Shown here in pieces: positions 61,706-64,000 of a DNA stretch of 64,000 nucleotides. The stretch is from a virus: the IMG/VR virus record IMGVR_UViG_3300019487_000017. One strand, written 5' to 3'. How positions within the stretch are numbered: position 1 is the stretch's first letter; each line of letters starts with the position of its first letter. Below the pieces are notes generated by a model, which did no database searches, had not been told where the DNA came from, and worked only from the letters and a program-made list of their open reading frames with translations. The position numbers were made by a program, and so were the translations under genes.

Positions 61706-63193
61706 ATGAAAAACGAATGGTTTGAGGTTGACAAAGAAGGACTGTCCAAACTGCTGTCCCGTCGTGGAGGGAAAACATTCCTTTTATATGAATTAATTCA
61801 AAATGCATGGGACGAAATTACAAGTGTTGTAAATGTAACTCTTCAACAACATGGACCACGGCTTTACGAATTAACAGTTGAAGATAATAATCCAGAAGGC
61901 TTTAAGAACCTTCGTCATGCTTTTACTTTGTTTGCAGAAAGTGAAAAGAAATCCAACCCGGTAAAAAGAGGCAAACTGAATTTAGGAGAAAAATTAGTTC
62001 TAGCCTGTTGTAATTCTGCAGAAATTATTTCTACTACAGGATCTATTCTATTCAGTGAAAACGGCAAACGTACAAAAAAGGATAAGAAAACAAAATCAGG
62101 TTCCGTATTCAAGGGCATCATAAGAATGACTGTCAGCGAATACGAAGAAGTTTGCAGAGAAATTAACAAACTGATTCCACCATTAAATGTAGATACTTAT
62201 TTTAATGGTAATTTGATTGAACAACGTGCCCCAATTTGCGAATTTGAAGCACCATTGCTTACGGAAACTCCAGATGGAGACGGTAATCTTTTTCGCACTG
62301 TAAGAAATACAAGAGTACGAGTTTTTAACATCAAAGAAGGGGAAACTCCGTCTATTTATGAAATGGGAATTCCTGTTGTCGAAACAAATGATAAATATCA
62401 CGTTGATGTTCAACAAAAAGTTCCAGTAAATTTTGAAAGAGATAACGTACCTCCTTCTTACTTACGTACTCTACGTGTATATACACTAAATAACACTTTT
62501 AATTTGTTGCAAGAAAAAGATACAACAGATACTTGGGTTAAAGATGCATTAGAAGATAAGCGAGTAGGATCTTATGCCGTTAAAAAAGTAATTGAAGAAC
62601 GTTTTGGCGATAACGCAGTTGCTTTTGACCCTACAGATATTGAAGGTACAAAAATTTCTGCCAGCGAAGGAAGAACTGTTGTACCTGGTGCTACTTTCTC
62701 AAAACAGGCTTGGGAGAATATTAGAAATTCCAAGGCTCTCCCTCCTGCAGGACAAATTACACCTTCTCCTAAACCTTATTCCGAAAATGGAAAGCCTCTT
62801 AATCTTATTCCATCTGAACAATGGACAGAGCAAATGAATAAGGTAGCAGAATATGCTAAGAACTTTGCTTTAAATGTTTTAGGAAGAAGTAATTTGCCTG
62901 TTCTTATTGCTAAGGAAATTAGCTGGCCTTTTTCTGCAACTTATGGAAAAGATTCTCCGTTAGTTCTAAATATGTCACGCTTAGGAAAAGCTTTCTTTGA
63001 CGAATTTCCACAAAATATCGAAAGAGTAGATAGACTATTCATTCATGAATTTGGTCATCATTATTCAATAGACCATTTATCTTCTGAATATCATGAAGCT
63101 CTTTGTAGAATTGGCGCTAAATTAAAACAATGCACCTTAGACAATGTTGCTTGTAGTTCAGTTAGCAAAGGAGCATTATTATGTCAAATATAG
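61706..63193 (+). CDS. GHKL-type ATPase fused to HExxH domain
   Basis: ELIQNAWDE, VEDNNPEG, RGKLNLGEK; C-terminal FIHEFGHH. Confidence 0.7.
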   Translation: MKNEWFEVDKEGLSKLLSRRGGKTFLLYELIQNAWDEITSVVNVTLQQHGPRLYELTVEDNNPEGFKNLRHAFTLFAESEKKSNPVKRGKLNLGEKLVLACCNSAEIISTTGSILFSENGKRTKKDKKTKSGSVFKGIIRMTVSEYEEVCREINKLIPPLNVDTYFNGNLIEQRAPICEFEAPLLTETPDGDGNLFRTVRNTRVRVFNIKEGETPSIYEMGIPVVETNDKYHVDVQQKVPVNFERDNVPPSYLRTLRVYTLNNTFNLLQEKDTTDTWVKDALEDKRVGSYAVKKVIEERFGDNAVAFDPTDIEGTKISASEGRTVVPGATFSKQAWENIRNSKALPPAGQITPSPKPYSENGKPLNLIPSEQWTEQMNKVAEYAKNFALNVLGRSNLPVLIAKEISWPFSATYGKDSPLVLNMSRLGKAFFDEFPQNIERVDRLFIHEFGHHYSIDHLSSEYHEALCRIGAKLKQCTLDNVACSSVSKGALLCQI

Positions 63194-63492
63194 ATGATGT
63201 AAGAAAATTACAAAGGCTAGAGGAAGAAGCCAATAATCTTAAGTCAAAAATTAAAGCAGTTCAAGATAGATGTCATCATGTGTGGGAAAGAGAAGTGTAT
63301 GATCCCACTAGCCAACTTCAAGGTTATGGGCATAAAGTAATTAAACAAGGGTCAGATATTTGGGGAGAGCCAGAAGGATATGAAAAAGTGGAAGTGCCAC
63401 GCTGGAGAAGAACTTGTGCCCTATGCGGTTTAAACCAATATACCACCAAACGTAAAATCAAACAAGTAGACGATGGAGCAGATTTTGATTAA
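63181..63492 (+). CDS. hypothetical protein
   Basis: AAGGAG RBS; CHH..RTCALCG. Confidence 0.55.
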   Translation: MSNIDDVRKLQRLEEEANNLKSKIKAVQDRCHHVWEREVYDPTSQLQGYGHKVIKQGSDIWGEPEGYEKVEVPRWRRTCALCGLNQYTTKRKIKQVDDGADFD

Positions 63493-63818
63493 ATTGATTT
63501 ATTTAAATTGTTAATATGTTCTTCAGCACGTTTCTGGATTGTTGCATGATATTCTTTTATCTGGGCAACAATTTCAGGTGTAACAAAATTGGGATCTAGA
63601 TTTGCTAAATCTTTGCTAAAACCAATCTGACATGCGATTAACCATTGTTGATGTACTGCATTCTTGATATTTTGAGCCTCAAATTTATCAGGAATCAGGC
63701 TCATTACATAATGAAATGAGAGCAAAGATATAATATTCATATATGCTTGTACTAACGAAGCTTCATCAACGGAAGAAGTAAATGTACTATCTTTCAATTT
63801 AGTATTGTCATTTTCCAT
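63489..63818 (-). CDS. hypothetical protein
   Basis: 109 aa ORF. Confidence 0.5.
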   Translation of the reverse strand: MENDNTKLKDSTFTSSVDEASLVQAYMNIISLLSFHYVMSLIPDKFEAQNIKNAVHQQWLIACQIGFSKDLANLDPNFVTPEIVAQIKEYHATIQKRAEEHINNLNKSI

Positions 63819-64000
63819 ATTGTTACTTTTATGACAATATATTTATCACTTTTCAATTTTAATTGCTTGTGCCAAAATAGATTTGAGATCATACCCTTCG
63901 GATTGATACCAACCAACCGGCATATCTTCAAAATATCGATGTAGGTAGGATTTAAAAGCAGAATGCCATGTCTCACGTTTTTCGTTATCTGCTTTAGCTA

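Noticed and set aside
1-64000. Genome-wide TAG recoding (genetic code 15)
   Set aside because: TAG ends genes directly before the next RBS/start (1421, 5172, 5684, 5905), and long genes are intact under code 11

Overview
AT-rich, gene-dense segment of a large (jumbo-type) bacteriophage genome; no structural or core replication genes lie in this window. Host-like genes (DUF1559/H-X9-DG prepilin, PEP-CTERM, FliW) suggest a Planctomycetota-like host (inference). 1-27.7 kb is a co-oriented + strand block of about 75 small early-type ORFs with a tRNA-Leu, two aberrant tRNA-like genes and several structured non-coding elements. 28-64 kb is a mixed-strand accessory region with NAD/ADP-ribose/cyclic-phosphate enzymes (Prs-like, ADP-ribosylglycohydrolase, NadD, Nudix, 2H phosphoesterase, two cyclic-phosphate receiver proteins). 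The most notable feature is at 56.3-60.6 kb (- strand): a Ro60-sized helical+vWA protein and an ARPP/DUF6569-like protein lie upstream of an array of four ncRNA units. Each unit has a long terminal stem, shared flanking motifs and a tRNA-like domain opened at one of three points (acceptor end, variable loop or D-loop), which looks like a phage Ro/Y-RNA-like ribonucleoprotein system. An oriented CTCCWG motif precedes many genes on both strands. All family calls come from reading motifs, not from database searches.
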